Part shown: one piece after another, positions 37,667 through 47,667 of the stretch
Position numbering within the stretch: position 1 is the stretch's first letter
Layout: each line of letters starts with the position of its first letter
IMG/VR virus record: IMGVR_UViG_3300032236_001191
Location: 1-64,000 of that record
DNA: 64,000 nt
DNA from: a virus
Reading direction: 5' to 3' (one strand)
Position numbers and translations under genes: made by a program
Notes under the pieces: generated by a model
What the model was told of the DNA's origin: nothing
What the model saw: the letters and a program-made list of their open reading frames with translations, nothing else
The model's database searches: none

Positions 37667-37854
37667 CAGAAGAATTTACACCTATTGAAGGTGAGACAGT
37701 ATCTGAGGACGGTTTAGCTCATTTTGATATTACAGCTGGCCCAGATGTAGAACTTGATACTAACGCTAAGCTAGAGGATGTTGAAGCCGCTGAGGAATCT
37801 GCAGAAGCTCTAGAGGAAGAAGATATCGATGGAGAAGAAGAAGAAGTCGAGTAA
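37663..37854 (+). CDS. highly acidic microprotein
   Basis: D/E-rich; SD AGGA. Confidence 0.6.
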   Translation: MTEEFTPIEGETVSEDGLAHFDITAGPDVELDTNAKLEDVEAAEESAEALEEEDIDGEEEEVE

Positions 37855-38002
37855 GAAGCATCCTGGATTTGAAAAGGTCCAGGATAAGATTGCCGATAAA
37901 GAGGGCGTCTCTAAGAAGGCTGCTGGGGCTATCCTAGCCGCTTCTTCCCGTGGGGCGTCTAAAGCAGCTAAACGTAAAAACCCAGCCCTAAAGAAAGTAT
38001 AA
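37829..38002 (+). CDS. 57-aa Lys-rich microprotein (not in ORF track)
   Basis: KHPGFEKVQDKIA..EGVS..AAGAILAASSR.AS..AKRKNP.LKKV. Confidence 0.65.
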   Translation: MEKKKKSSKKHPGFEKVQDKIADKEGVSKKAAGAILAASSRGASKAAKRKNPALKKV

Positions 38003-38010
38003 GGTATACT

Positions 38011-38091
38011 ATGTGCAAATCATGTGGATGCGGATGCTCCAAGCCAAACTGCAAGGGTGCTTGCAAGAAGAAAAAAGGCGGTAAGAAATAA
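38011..38091 (+). CDS. 26-aa metallothionein-like Cys/Lys peptide (not in ORF track)
   Basis: MCKSCGCGCSKPNCKGACKKKKGGKK; SD AAGG, TAATG coupling to next gene. Confidence 0.55.
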   Translation: MCKSCGCGCSKPNCKGACKKKKGGKK

Positions 38092-38285
38092 TGTCACATC
38101 ACAAGGAATCTGCTAAGGAAAAGAAGGCAGATAAGAAGCAAGATAAGAAGCTTGAAAAGGGTATGACCCCGGCTCAAAAGAAGAAGTTTGAAGCTGCAGA
38201 TAAGAAGATGGATAAGAAGAAACCATCTCGTAAGGCAGATGAAAAGATGGACAAGGCTTTGGCCAAGAAGGTCAAAAAGAAGTAA
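38091..38285 (+). CDS. Lys/Asp-rich microprotein
   Basis: KKADKKQDKK-type repeats. Confidence 0.65.
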   Translation: MSHHKESAKEKKADKKQDKKLEKGMTPAQKKKFEAADKKMDKKKPSRKADEKMDKALAKKVKKK

Positions 38286-38289
38286 GCTT

Positions 38290-38312
38290 AGGGCCCCGAA
38301 AGGGGCCCTTTT
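38290..38312 (+). terminator. intrinsic terminator
   Basis: AGGGCCCC-GAAA-GGGGCCCT-TTT. Confidence 0.85.
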
Positions 38313-38389
38313 GCTTTAGTATTGTCTATGACGCCGGAGTAATCCGGAACCCTGCAGCTGTACCCAATGCGCCTTCATTTGGAGGAATT

Positions 38390-38551
38390 ATGATCTTTTT
38401 AGCCCAGCGGCTAAACCGTCTAGAGACGGATGCCGATAAACAAGAGTTCATTCGAGGTGCCGTCGGTCTTAAGACTGGTGGCGAAAAGAAAGCTGCAGCA
38501 GTATTCATCGCCAGCTACTTGCTCTCGAAGGCTCTAAGAAAAAATGGCTAA
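38390..38551 (+). CDS. 53-aa hypothetical protein (not in ORF track)
   Basis: Strong SD GGAGG; MIFLAQRLNR... Confidence 0.6.
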   Translation: MIFLAQRLNRLETDADKQEFIRGAVGLKTGGEKKAAAVFIASYLLSKALRKNG

Positions 38552-38816
38552 GACTTTAAAACAGATCATTCATAGTCATATTGGTGCAGACGCAGATCGA
38601 CACACTGCAACTATTCGCAGACATGCTCTTGAAGCCGGTTGGCCTAAGCATTTAGCAAATTCTATTTCCGTAGCGGTTACCCATAAGGGTACTTACCGAA
38701 TGGATTATCCCCCACATTTAGAAGACGATATTCTACGTCTTGAGTACGGTACGCAAGATGTACCCCCATCACCAATCATGCGAAATTACTTCTCACATAT
38801 TGGGGTGGCAATCTAA
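38544..38816 (+). CDS. tail completion/neck protein (HK97 gp10-like)
   Basis: LEYGT...PP.P.MR motif. Confidence 0.6.
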   Translation: MAKTLKQIIHSHIGADADRHTATIRRHALEAGWPKHLANSISVAVTHKGTYRMDYPPHLEDDILRLEYGTQDVPPSPIMRNYFSHIGVAI

Positions 38817-39412
38817 TGCCCTTTATTACTAACGAAGACGAAGCCCTTAAGACTCTTTTAAAGGGTATTACAGTATCCGATTCAGGAAACCCTAAGCGTT
38901 CTGTAGGCGTATGGTTTGGGCAACCTGACAAGGAAATTCGTCAGCAGTCCTACCCATATATCACCATAGATTTGATTGGCATGTCTGAAGCCGGGGAGCG
39001 TGTGCAATCCGGAGTTGTAGATCTGCAGTACACCCCTGAAGGATATGATGGTACTATTGACTATCAGACTTACTACCCTATGCCTGTTAATCTTGATTAT
39101 CAGGTAGCTACATACTCACGTCAGCCTAACCATGATCGACAGATTATGGGAGCACTATTCCAAATAGGCAGACTGCCAGTTAGATTTGGATCCCTGTACG
39201 TTCCTCAAGACAATACATTGCGTCGTTTGGATGTGCTAGGTTTTTCAAAAAGAGATACGACTGAAGCAGACAAGCGTCTCTTCGTGAATATCTATACCAT
39301 TCGAGTTAGTTCGGAAATCTTCCGTACAAGCTTGTTTGAAAAAGATACGGCCCCTGTTTCAGGTACCAGTATCTCTGTTAATAATACGAACCTTAATACG
39401 TCACACAATTAG
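38816..39412 (+). CDS. tail terminator/sheath-capping protein
   Basis: DEALK.LL, YP.ITIDL, P.PVNLDYQV; directly upstream of sheath. Confidence 0.65.
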   Translation: MPFITNEDEALKTLLKGITVSDSGNPKRSVGVWFGQPDKEIRQQSYPYITIDLIGMSEAGERVQSGVVDLQYTPEGYDGTIDYQTYYPMPVNLDYQVATYSRQPNHDRQIMGALFQIGRLPVRFGSLYVPQDNTLRRLDVLGFSKRDTTEADKRLFVNIYTIRVSSEIFRTSLFEKDTAPVSGTSISVNNTNLNTSHN

Positions 39413-39465
39413 CCTAAAACTTCGACCCCCCAGTAAATAATACTATAGATCAAGGAGAAAACCTA

Positions 39466-41043
39466 ATGGCTACATTCAGTAGACCAGGCGTCTTTATCCA
39501 GGAAGTGGAACTTCCACAGACCATTGAATTGGCAGAAGGCGGCGCAGCTATTGGTGCGTTCGTTGGAGCTCTTGCAAAGGGTCCTACTAACGTTCCAGTA
39601 CTTCTTAGCACTTGGGCTCAATTTACCAAGACTTTTGGAAACCTACAAGACGCATACCCAACAACTTGGGCTGCTTACAACTTTTTTGCTAACGGTGGAC
39701 GCCAGCTTTATGTTAAGCGTGTTACAGGTGCAAATGCTGCAGCAGCTTCAGTAATGCTTACAGATCGTTCAAGCTCACACCTAAACACAATCCTAGTTCA
39801 AGCAGCTAATGCTGGAACATGGGGAAACAACCTAGCTGTTCAAATTCGTGCAGCAGGAAGCGCAAGCCGTTTTGGTATTGCTGTTTACGGATCACCAATT
39901 AATGTTGGAAACCCAACATCTAATTACCTTGAAGGATACACAGACCTTAGCATGGACAAAACAGATCCTCGCTACTTTGCATCTGTTATCAACTCAAGCT
40001 CACCGTATATTCACGTATTTGATCAAAACTCAGCATCAACTCCAAATGACAACATGCCTGTAGTAGGCTCTTTGCTTTATGCTTTGGGTTCAACTACGGC
40101 TGGTGCAGACGGAGATGCTCCTACACGTTCTAACTACGCTGCAGGACTTAGTAGCTTTGATCCAATTCAAACACCACTAGTGTTTAATATTCCAGCTCTT
40201 GGATATCTATACACACCTACTGGAAGCAATAACGATCGTACTAACGTACTTGATATTACTTCAGACCTAGTTGCATACTGCGCTAGCCGTGGAGATGCAT
40301 TTGCTGTTTTGGATACTCCATCAGGACTTGCAGTCTCAGAAGCACAAGCTTTTGCAGCGGATCTTTCCTCTGAATTTGCTGCATCTTCAACAGGTGACGT
40401 AGCAGCTATCTACTACCCATGGTACTTAATCCCAGATACACTTCGTGCATCTCGTGGAGCTACACGTCTTCAGGCACCTGGTGCTGGCGTTGTAGGACAG
40501 TTCCTAGCTACTGATGCATCTCGTGGAGTTCAAAAGACTCCAGCTGGTTTGCAGAACCGCATTGCTCTTGCCGTAGACACAGAACACCAGTTCACAAATG
40601 CTGAACTTGATGCTCTTAACACAGGCGTTGACCCAATCAACCCTATCCGTAACGTTCCTGGTGCAGGAATTGTTATCATGGGTGGACGTACATTGGACAA
40701 CTCTGCAGGCAAGCGCTATATCAATATCCGTCGTTCATTGACCTATATTGAAAAAGAACTAAAGGATAGAATTGCATTTGCTGTATTTGAAAACAATGAC
40801 TCACGTCTTTGGGATCAAATTCGTACAGTATGTAGCTCATTCCTTGGTGCATACTGGCAGCAGGGTGGTCTCCGTGGAGCAACCCCAATCCAGGCCTACT
40901 TCGTAAAATGTGACTCAACAACAACTACAGATGCTGACATTCTTAATGGTCAGATCAACATTGAAATTGGCGTCGCTCTAGAATACCCTGCAGAGTTTAT
41001 TGTGATCAAGCTTGGTCAAATAACCGGCAGCGCTACAGCCTAA
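39466..41043 (+). CDS. tail sheath protein
   Basis: RPGVFIQE, FFANGG, AIYYPW, GGRTL, YINIRR, VFENND, YPAEFIVI. Confidence 0.95.
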   Translation: MATFSRPGVFIQEVELPQTIELAEGGAAIGAFVGALAKGPTNVPVLLSTWAQFTKTFGNLQDAYPTTWAAYNFFANGGRQLYVKRVTGANAAAASVMLTDRSSSHLNTILVQAANAGTWGNNLAVQIRAAGSASRFGIAVYGSPINVGNPTSNYLEGYTDLSMDKTDPRYFASVINSSSPYIHVFDQNSASTPNDNMPVVGSLLYALGSTTAGADGDAPTRSNYAAGLSSFDPIQTPLVFNIPALGYLYTPTGSNNDRTNVLDITSDLVAYCASRGDAFAVLDTPSGLAVSEAQAFAADLSSEFAASSTGDVAAIYYPWYLIPDTLRASRGATRLQAPGAGVVGQFLATDASRGVQKTPAGLQNRIALAVDTEHQFTNAELDALNTGVDPINPIRNVPGAGIVIMGGRTLDNSAGKRYINIRRSLTYIEKELKDRIAFAVFENNDSRLWDQIRTVCSSFLGAYWQQGGLRGATPIQAYFVKCDSTTTTDADILNGQINIEIGVALEYPAEFIVIKLGQITGSATA

Positions 41044-41058
41044 GGAGATATATAAATC

Positions 41059-41682
41059 ATGGCACTTTCAATTGACAATGTATCAAGAACTTTGGCTACG
41101 GATCCAGTCCGTACCTTTAAGTTCCTTGTTTCTTTCAAACCACAGACTAATGATCAGAATTGGGGCGGACTAACAGGATCTATGGGTTTTGTGTCTGTAT
41201 CAGGACTTAGTGTTTCTACTGAGCCGATCGCTTATCGTGAAGGTGGATACAATACTAACGTCCATCAGATCCCTGGTCAGTCTTCATTTACACCACTTAC
41301 TCTTTCTCGTGGCGTAATGATCTCTTCCGGAAATGATGCAAACGCACTATGGATGAAGCGTTTGTTCTCACTCCTAACACCAACAGCTACTTCAGGCGTA
41401 GGCGCAAACTTTCGCTGCACAGTAGACATCGCAGTACTTAGCCATCCAAATCCAAAGGGTTTGACTGCTGAAGGCGGAAAGACTTCTGACAGCGATGCTG
41501 GCCAGCACGTCTCAATGCGCTTCCGTGTGTACAACGCTTGGATCGCAAACCTTGCATACAGCAACTTGGATGCAGGACAGAGCACACTAATGGTTGAAGA
41601 ATTGACACTTGTACACGAGGGATTTGACGTCTCTTATGCTACAAACTACAAGGCTTCAGCAGGCGCTCTTCTAGACAACTAA
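41059..41682 (+). CDS. tail tube protein (T4 gp19-like)
   Basis: GF.SVSGL....I.YREGG, LTLSRG, YNAW, EELTLVHEG. Confidence 0.92.
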   Translation: MALSIDNVSRTLATDPVRTFKFLVSFKPQTNDQNWGGLTGSMGFVSVSGLSVSTEPIAYREGGYNTNVHQIPGQSSFTPLTLSRGVMISSGNDANALWMKRLFSLLTPTATSGVGANFRCTVDIAVLSHPNPKGLTAEGGKTSDSDAGQHVSMRFRVYNAWIANLAYSNLDAGQSTLMVEELTLVHEGFDVSYATNYKASAGALLDN

Positions 41683-41708
41683 ACTTCTAAACGTAAAAGG
41701 TAAACAAT

Positions 41709-42533
41709 ATGACTAATGATATCGAGACAATCAGTGCGATGGATAATCCCGTCGCTGCCAACCAACTAATAGAAGCTGCTCTTTCTGATCAGGAGGTAAA
41801 GGCGCCGAAGGTTAAAACCTCGATTCCTTTGCCTCCTGATACAGAGATCAAACTTCCAGGAGGCTTGTATGACCCATTTGATGGCGTCATTAAGACTGCA
41901 GAAGTTAGGGAGCTAACTGGCGCAGATGAAGAGGCTATTGCCCGAATCTCTGATCCAGCTAAAGCTTTGTTAACTATCTTGGAACGAGCCGTAGTAAAGA
42001 TTGGCGATAAGCCAGCCTCTAAAGAACTACTAGACGTTATGCTAGCTGGAGATCGTGAAATGCTACTCCTAGCTATTCGTCGCTTTACCTTCGGAGATAA
42101 GACCGAAGTAGGTCCAGGAATCTGTAACGAATGTGAGTTCGAACAGACCTTTGAAATTGACCTTGATACAGATGTAAACATTAAAGAATTAAATGAGGAT
42201 GATCGAGTATTTACCCTAGACTGCAAGGTTGGGCAGGTAGTTGTATCACTTCCAAATGGAGCTGTTCAAAAAGCTCTAGTAAACGCTACAAATAAGAACT
42301 CAGCTGAGCTAGATACAATCTTGCTTAAGGGCTGCATTTCTTCTATCAATGAGATCCCAATTATGAATGTTCAACAGGTCAAAGACCTGAGCATCAAGGA
42401 TCGTCGTGATATCCTAACAGCTATAACATCTCGCAACCCTGGCCCACTACTCAGCGAAATCAAGAAACCATGCGCTTCTTGCGGCGTGGAGGTACCGCTT
42501 CCGCTTACTCTAGCGGAATTGTTTCAAGGCTGA
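41709..42533 (+). CDS. tail assembly chaperone
   Basis: VRELTGADEE, GDRE.LL..IR, two CxxC pairs; between tube and tape measure. Confidence 0.8.
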   Translation: MTNDIETISAMDNPVAANQLIEAALSDQEVKAPKVKTSIPLPPDTEIKLPGGLYDPFDGVIKTAEVRELTGADEEAIARISDPAKALLTILERAVVKIGDKPASKELLDVMLAGDREMLLLAIRRFTFGDKTEVGPGICNECEFEQTFEIDLDTDVNIKELNEDDRVFTLDCKVGQVVVSLPNGAVQKALVNATNKNSAELDTILLKGCISSINEIPIMNVQQVKDLSIKDRRDILTAITSRNPGPLLSEIKKPCASCGVEVPLPLTLAELFQG

Positions 42534-42666
42534 ACTAAGCTACGAAATGCTTATTGAGACGTACGATGTACTCTCAATGTTGTACCCCGGATGGAGCTTG
42601 GAAGAAATACGATCGTTTTCTTTTAGAGAACGAACTATGTGGTTAATACAAAACCGTAATCGTTAA
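42523..42666 (+). CDS. tail chaperone C-terminal (T-like) segment, probable frameshift extension
   Basis: +1 frame encodes ...YPGWSLEEIRSFSFRERTMWL. Confidence 0.6.
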   Translation, partial: FKAELSYEMLIETYDVLSMLYPGWSLEEIRSFSFRERTMWLIQNRNR

Positions 42667-42679
42667 GGTGGTGAGTTAA

Positions 42680-45616
42680 GTGGCAGCAACGCAAAATATG
42701 ATGACTCCTGGTCAAAACCCTGATGCAAATGAGCAGGGTATGATTGAGGTGCTTGAAAAGAAGCTGCCTGGAATCTTAAAGATCTTTGAAAAGATTACGG
42801 AACAAACTAAAAAACAGTTTAACTATACCCAAAAGACCATGGGTAACTTTAATGGTGGGGATGCTGGTGGGGGCAAACTTGGCTTAGGTTCATTTGGTTT
42901 AAGCAGAGGCCAAGTTGCTCTTGGTATGGGTGTGATGGCTGGTGCCTCATACATGAGTATGGCACCTAATACTATGTCTGCGGTAACTCAGCGCATGAGT
43001 GCAGACTCTATGTCTGGACGCATGAATAGTGCAGGCATGACTTCAAGAAGTATTATTGCCCAGTCTAATAAATTAGTTGCAGGTGGCGCTACAAGCGCTA
43101 TGGGCCCTACGATGGCCGCTATGAACCTTTCTTACCAGGGTGGTTACTCAGTAAGCTCCCTTAGCTCTAAGAACGTTATGGCAAGCCTAGGAGGCCTTAG
43201 CGCCCTTACTGGTGGGTCTAACGAGCAGGTAGCTTCTACCATGGCCGGTATGAACGGTATGGGATTTTTACGTGCCGGAATTAACATCCGTGACTCAAAG
43301 GGACAACTTCTTCCAATCCCTCAAATTGTAAACCAAGTTTATAAAGTTTTGTACGGTGGTCGTACACCTACAGCTGATCAAGCTAATATGCTTCTTAACC
43401 CTAACTCAAAGGGTTGGAAGACACTTATGATGATTACTGGCGGAGATGCAAATCTTAGCCAGACTATTGCTATGGCCGTTCGTGATCGTGCTGCTAATGG
43501 TAAAGACCTTGCTAACAACGCATACTCAAGCGCCCAGGGTACTTTAGACCGTATGGGTGTAAGTAAAGACGCACCTACTAGAGCTAACTTTAGATTTAAT
43601 AGCAGTGAGAATAAAGTATTACAGGCTACTGAAAAAGGATTAGTAGGCGGATATAACGCATCTCTTAACACAGCAGCTGGACTAAACAATGGTTTTGCAC
43701 AGCTAGCAAGTCTTCTTGGACCGGTTAACGATGGGTTGATGACTCTTAAAGGCATACTCCAAACATTTCCTAATGCAGGTAATATGGGCGGAACTGTTTC
43801 TGGACTTACTGCTATGGGATCAAACTTAGCTGGTAGCGCACTTCAATACGGAATGATGAGTAAAGCATTTGGTGGAGGAGCTGCTGGTTCTGGAGCGTTA
43901 GCTGCTACAGAAGAAGCCGCTGTAGTAGGCGGGTCTATGATGAGTCGTCTTAAAGGTGGATTTGGAAAAGTAGGGTCTAACTTATTTAAGGGTGGACTTG
44001 GAAAACTTTTTAAAGGTGGTTTAATTTCTTTAGGCGGAAACCTTGTTGGAGATGTTGTTAAAGGACATTCTGCAAAAGGTAGTGGACGCTCAAGAGCAGG
44101 TAATGCTCTTAAGACTGGCGCTTCTTGGGCTGCAATGGCAAGTTTATTTGCCCCTGAAACTTTTGGTTTATCTACAGCAATTGCAGGAATTGCAGGCGGT
44201 ATTTATGGAGCATTTCAGGGTGGTCCTAATGATGGCATGACCTTAAGTAACCCATCAGATTCTAAGAGCCAAGCTTCAGGATCTGCAACTATGGCATTAC
44301 CAGTTCCTAAAGGAACTCCTATTACATCTCCTTTTGGACACCGTAAAGGTGGGCAAGGCATTTCAAGTAACCACCAAGGTATTGACTATGGCGTTGCCGA
44401 GAATACAAATATTACCGCTGCAGCAGATGGTGTTGTTACTGAAGTAGGTAACGGTGGTGGTTACGGTAACTATATTATTATTAAGCACGGAAATAAATCA
44501 ACTCTTTATGCTCACTTAAATACAGCTTTAGTTAGCAAAGGTCAGTCCGTAAAAAAGGGAACTGTAATTGCTAAGTCTGGTGGTAAAAAGGGTGCGCCTG
44601 GTGCAGGCCACTCTACTGGTCCACACCTTCACTTTGAGTTGCGTGATAATGGTGGTCGTGGTGCAGGTGGCCGTGTTAACCCTTCAAACTGGTTTGGAAA
44701 AACTGCCGGTTGGATTGGTAACCTAGCAAGTAAAGCTTTTGGGTTTGTAAAGAGTGTATTAACTGGGCATGACCCATTTGCTTCCCATAGTGGAAGCGTA
44801 TTGTCACACAATAACAACCCACAATTTAAAGGTCTTTCTGATTTAAGTAGTCCTGGAATTTCTGGATTACTTTCACAAAATGTTTCTCGTGGTAGACCTA
44901 TTGGGTGGGAAGATATTGTCAACAAAGTTGGCGCTAAAAATATTGCAAAGCTAAAGGGCAATCCAAACTCTGTGGGCGATGTATATACCCCTGCAGATGG
45001 AGATGCGGGCCATATGGTTGGTGGCAGCCGTAAGGGTCTTATGAAAATGCTCTATGCCCAAGGCTTCAGAGGGGCTGGTTTAGAGACTGCGTTTGCTGTA
45101 GCACTTGCTGAGTCTGGTGGAGTAAGCCGAAGAAACTATAGCCTTAAAACTGGTGATGATTCTTATGGCGCATTTCAGATTAATATGCTTGGGTCATTAG
45201 GTCCTGCACGTAGAAAGAAATTTGGTCTTAGTAAAGACTCTGACCTTCTTGACGGTAAAACCAACTTAAGAGTTGCGTATACAATGTCCCATGAAGGAAA
45301 TAATTTTAAAGCTTGGTCCACATACAAGAACGGTAAATTTGCTTCCTACCTAGACGATGCCTATAAAACTGAAAAAGCTGCAGGTATCGGTGGCGGCACA
45401 CAAGCTGTCGGTGTGGGTAGTATGCCAGAGCACAACATGTCTCATGGCAGGTCTGGTGGGGGAGCCCACCTCAGTGCCAACACAAACATAGAGGTTAAAG
45501 TTAATATGCAAGTGCATATTGAACGCTCTAGTTTCCAAGAAGCGGATAAGATGTTTAAGCAATTTGCCCACCGTATTGAGACAGATTTACGACACCACAT
45601 TGGAGGAACTTACTAA
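42680..45616 (+). CDS. tape measure protein with M23 peptidase and lytic transglycosylase domains
   Basis: A/G/M-rich helical region; HQGIDY, YAHL, STGPHLHFE (M23); AESGG..SYGAFQIN (SLT). Confidence 0.9.
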   Translation: MAATQNMMTPGQNPDANEQGMIEVLEKKLPGILKIFEKITEQTKKQFNYTQKTMGNFNGGDAGGGKLGLGSFGLSRGQVALGMGVMAGASYMSMAPNTMSAVTQRMSADSMSGRMNSAGMTSRSIIAQSNKLVAGGATSAMGPTMAAMNLSYQGGYSVSSLSSKNVMASLGGLSALTGGSNEQVASTMAGMNGMGFLRAGINIRDSKGQLLPIPQIVNQVYKVLYGGRTPTADQANMLLNPNSKGWKTLMMITGGDANLSQTIAMAVRDRAANGKDLANNAYSSAQGTLDRMGVSKDAPTRANFRFNSSENKVLQATEKGLVGGYNASLNTAAGLNNGFAQLASLLGPVNDGLMTLKGILQTFPNAGNMGGTVSGLTAMGSNLAGSALQYGMMSKAFGGGAAGSGALAATEEAAVVGGSMMSRLKGGFGKVGSNLFKGGLGKLFKGGLISLGGNLVGDVVKGHSAKGSGRSRAGNALKTGASWAAMASLFAPETFGLSTAIAGIAGGIYGAFQGGPNDGMTLSNPSDSKSQASGSATMALPVPKGTPITSPFGHRKGGQGISSNHQGIDYGVAENTNITAAADGVVTEVGNGGGYGNYIIIKHGNKSTLYAHLNTALVSKGQSVKKGTVIAKSGGKKGAPGAGHSTGPHLHFELRDNGGRGAGGRVNPSNWFGKTAGWIGNLASKAFGFVKSVLTGHDPFASHSGSVLSHNNNPQFKGLSDLSSPGISGLLSQNVSRGRPIGWEDIVNKVGAKNIAKLKGNPNSVGDVYTPADGDAGHMVGGSRKGLMKMLYAQGFRGAGLETAFAVALAESGGVSRRNYSLKTGDDSYGAFQINMLGSLGPARRKKFGLSKDSDLLDGKTNLRVAYTMSHEGNNFKAWSTYKNGKFASYLDDAYKTEKAAGIGGGTQAVGVGSMPEHNMSHGRSGGGAHLSANTNIEVKVNMQVHIERSSFQEADKMFKQFAHRIETDLRHHIGGTY

Positions 45617-47370
45617 TGGCCGTAGATTACTACTACACTCAATATCTTCAGCAGGCAGTAAATCAAACATATGAGAGTATTGATATTCCCAATGTTTCTG
45701 TATCTTGGTCTGACTTTTTAGTTAATACAGGCGGAGTGGCTGGCACAAATCAAGCAGGAAGCTATACTGGAAATTACAACCTTTTAGGTTGGGTTATAAA
45801 GGTATACAAAAAAGAAAGCCCTAGTTCTCCTGCTGTTTTAATGACCTCAGATGATGTTACCGTACGCTTTGGTGCTCCAGACGGTCCTTTAGCCCAATAC
45901 TACAAAGGCGTTAAGATTACTAATGGGGGTAAAGCTTTTTATATTGAAGTTAACTATGACAATGTACTAGCTGCAAAAAAACCTTTAGTACTTAAGCCTG
46001 TAATGGCAGTAACTCTAAAGTCTAACGGTAACCACGTATCTTATAGCAAATCCGCTTCTGGTATAGATCTGCAAAGCGTTACTTTTACCCAAAGTCAAAC
46101 TTATCCACCTATACCTACAGCGTTAATTGCTGCTGTAAGCCCGGGTTATGACCCAGGATTAAATAATGGAAACACATCTAATATTCATTATAATTTTGCT
46201 ACCAAGCAGTATGTAGGCATTCAAATGGTTACAGACAGCAAAACAAATACAACGTCTTATTATGCACTTTATTACGACCCAAAAACTAAAAAACAAGTTG
46301 GGGATAAAGTATACCTTGGAAAAGAAAAAGCAAACTCTAGGGGTAAAGTTTGGGCAAAAGGACAAGCTCTTTTAATTGATGCTATTGATAGCCAAAATAA
46401 GACAAGTGCTGTTGGAGACTCTACAAAACGCTATCATGATAGTGTAGTCCCAGATCAACCTGCAGCTACCTCTCCTGCCCCACCGTACCCTACAGACTCA
46501 AATAGATGGAATCCTCCTACCCACCTATACACTAAAAACTTTTCAACAGGGTTGTTTTTAAATAGTTTAATTAAAAATGATAAACAACTTTTAGATAGTA
46601 CCCTTAATAATAGCGAGATTCTTCCAGGTATGGAATTTCTTTCTACAAACTATAGCGTTCCTAGCACCCTATACAGCATTAATACTAATCTTTTTGAACC
46701 TAGTTTAGGTCATATTGGTAATATGTACCAAGATGCTGCTACTGCAAAAGCTATTAACCAAGACCACCCAGATAAACAATGGGGATTTAGGTTTATGTAT
46801 AATCCTAATCAAATTGGGTATAGCAATACTGCGGATAATAGTGTTGACTATACACTTGGTCAGGCAGATCCAGCTAACCTATTAGCTGGCAATATGACGG
46901 TTAATTTTCAACTGTATATTAATAGAATTATCGATATGTCATATCTTCGGGGTACTCAAGCCCCTGGACAAATGGGGTATGCAAGACAGCTTACCCAAGA
47001 TGAAAAAGACGGGTTAACGTACCGTGGTACTGAATATGACCTAGAATTTTTATACCGAGTTCTTGGTGGAGATCCAATTAAAAATAACGCAACAATTGGT
47101 GCCGCAGGAAACTTAGGAGTAAGCGCAGATATTGGGCTTATTAAAGCTGTTCCTATATGGTTGTCTATTAACCCTGTGTATAAACTTTTTGGTGCTGTAG
47201 CTAGTATGTCCGTAAACCATGTTTTATTTACTATGGATATGGTACCTATGTTAACTACTGTAGACATTACCTTTAACCGTTTTCCTGCCTTATTTAACCT
47301 TGCGGATAGCGATCCAAAGTCTGATTCACGTCAAGCCTTTAAAAAGTTTATTACCGGAAAGGCGCAGTAG
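45616..47370 (+). CDS. tail tube initiator/baseplate hub protein
   Basis: GFRFMYNP, GTEYDLEFLYR, V.H..FT..MVP in C-half; position. Confidence 0.6.
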   Translation: MAVDYYYTQYLQQAVNQTYESIDIPNVSVSWSDFLVNTGGVAGTNQAGSYTGNYNLLGWVIKVYKKESPSSPAVLMTSDDVTVRFGAPDGPLAQYYKGVKITNGGKAFYIEVNYDNVLAAKKPLVLKPVMAVTLKSNGNHVSYSKSASGIDLQSVTFTQSQTYPPIPTALIAAVSPGYDPGLNNGNTSNIHYNFATKQYVGIQMVTDSKTNTTSYYALYYDPKTKKQVGDKVYLGKEKANSRGKVWAKGQALLIDAIDSQNKTSAVGDSTKRYHDSVVPDQPAATSPAPPYPTDSNRWNPPTHLYTKNFSTGLFLNSLIKNDKQLLDSTLNNSEILPGMEFLSTNYSVPSTLYSINTNLFEPSLGHIGNMYQDAATAKAINQDHPDKQWGFRFMYNPNQIGYSNTADNSVDYTLGQADPANLLAGNMTVNFQLYINRIIDMSYLRGTQAPGQMGYARQLTQDEKDGLTYRGTEYDLEFLYRVLGGDPIKNNATIGAAGNLGVSADIGLIKAVPIWLSINPVYKLFGAVASMSVNHVLFTMDMVPMLTTVDITFNRFPALFNLADSDPKSDSRQAFKKFITGKAQ

Positions 47371-47373
47371 TAA

Positions 47374-47667
47374 ATGGCTAAAACTAATATCGAAAGAGTT
47401 TCTAGGTATAACGATGGACCACTACTTCAGCTGCCGTATGAGCATACCAACACCTATGCAATCAGCGTATACCGCAATTGGGTTAAATCTAAGACAGTAA
47501 GCTATAAAGAGTATACCTGGGTATCAGGAGATACTTTGGCCAGCCTTGCAGTTAAGTACTGTGGCGGCGCTAAATACTGGTGGGAAATTATGGATATCAA
47601 CCCTGAAATTACAGACCCTTTTTATATCGATCCTGGCACAATTATAAGAGTTCCATATGGCAACTAA
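47374..47667 (+). CDS. LysM-like baseplate protein (gpX/gp53-like)
   Basis: GDTL..LA.KY.G...WW.I.D.NP.I.DP....G..IRVP. Confidence 0.85.
   Translation: MAKTNIERVSRYNDGPLLQLPYEHTNTYAISVYRNWVKSKTVSYKEYTWVSGDTLASLAVKYCGGAKYWWEIMDINPEITDPFYIDPGTIIRVPYGN

Noticed and set aside
37663-37854. Pup-like tag for the proteasome-like protease
   Set aside because: Acidic and similar in size, but lacks the C-terminal GGE/GGQ and the Pup core motif
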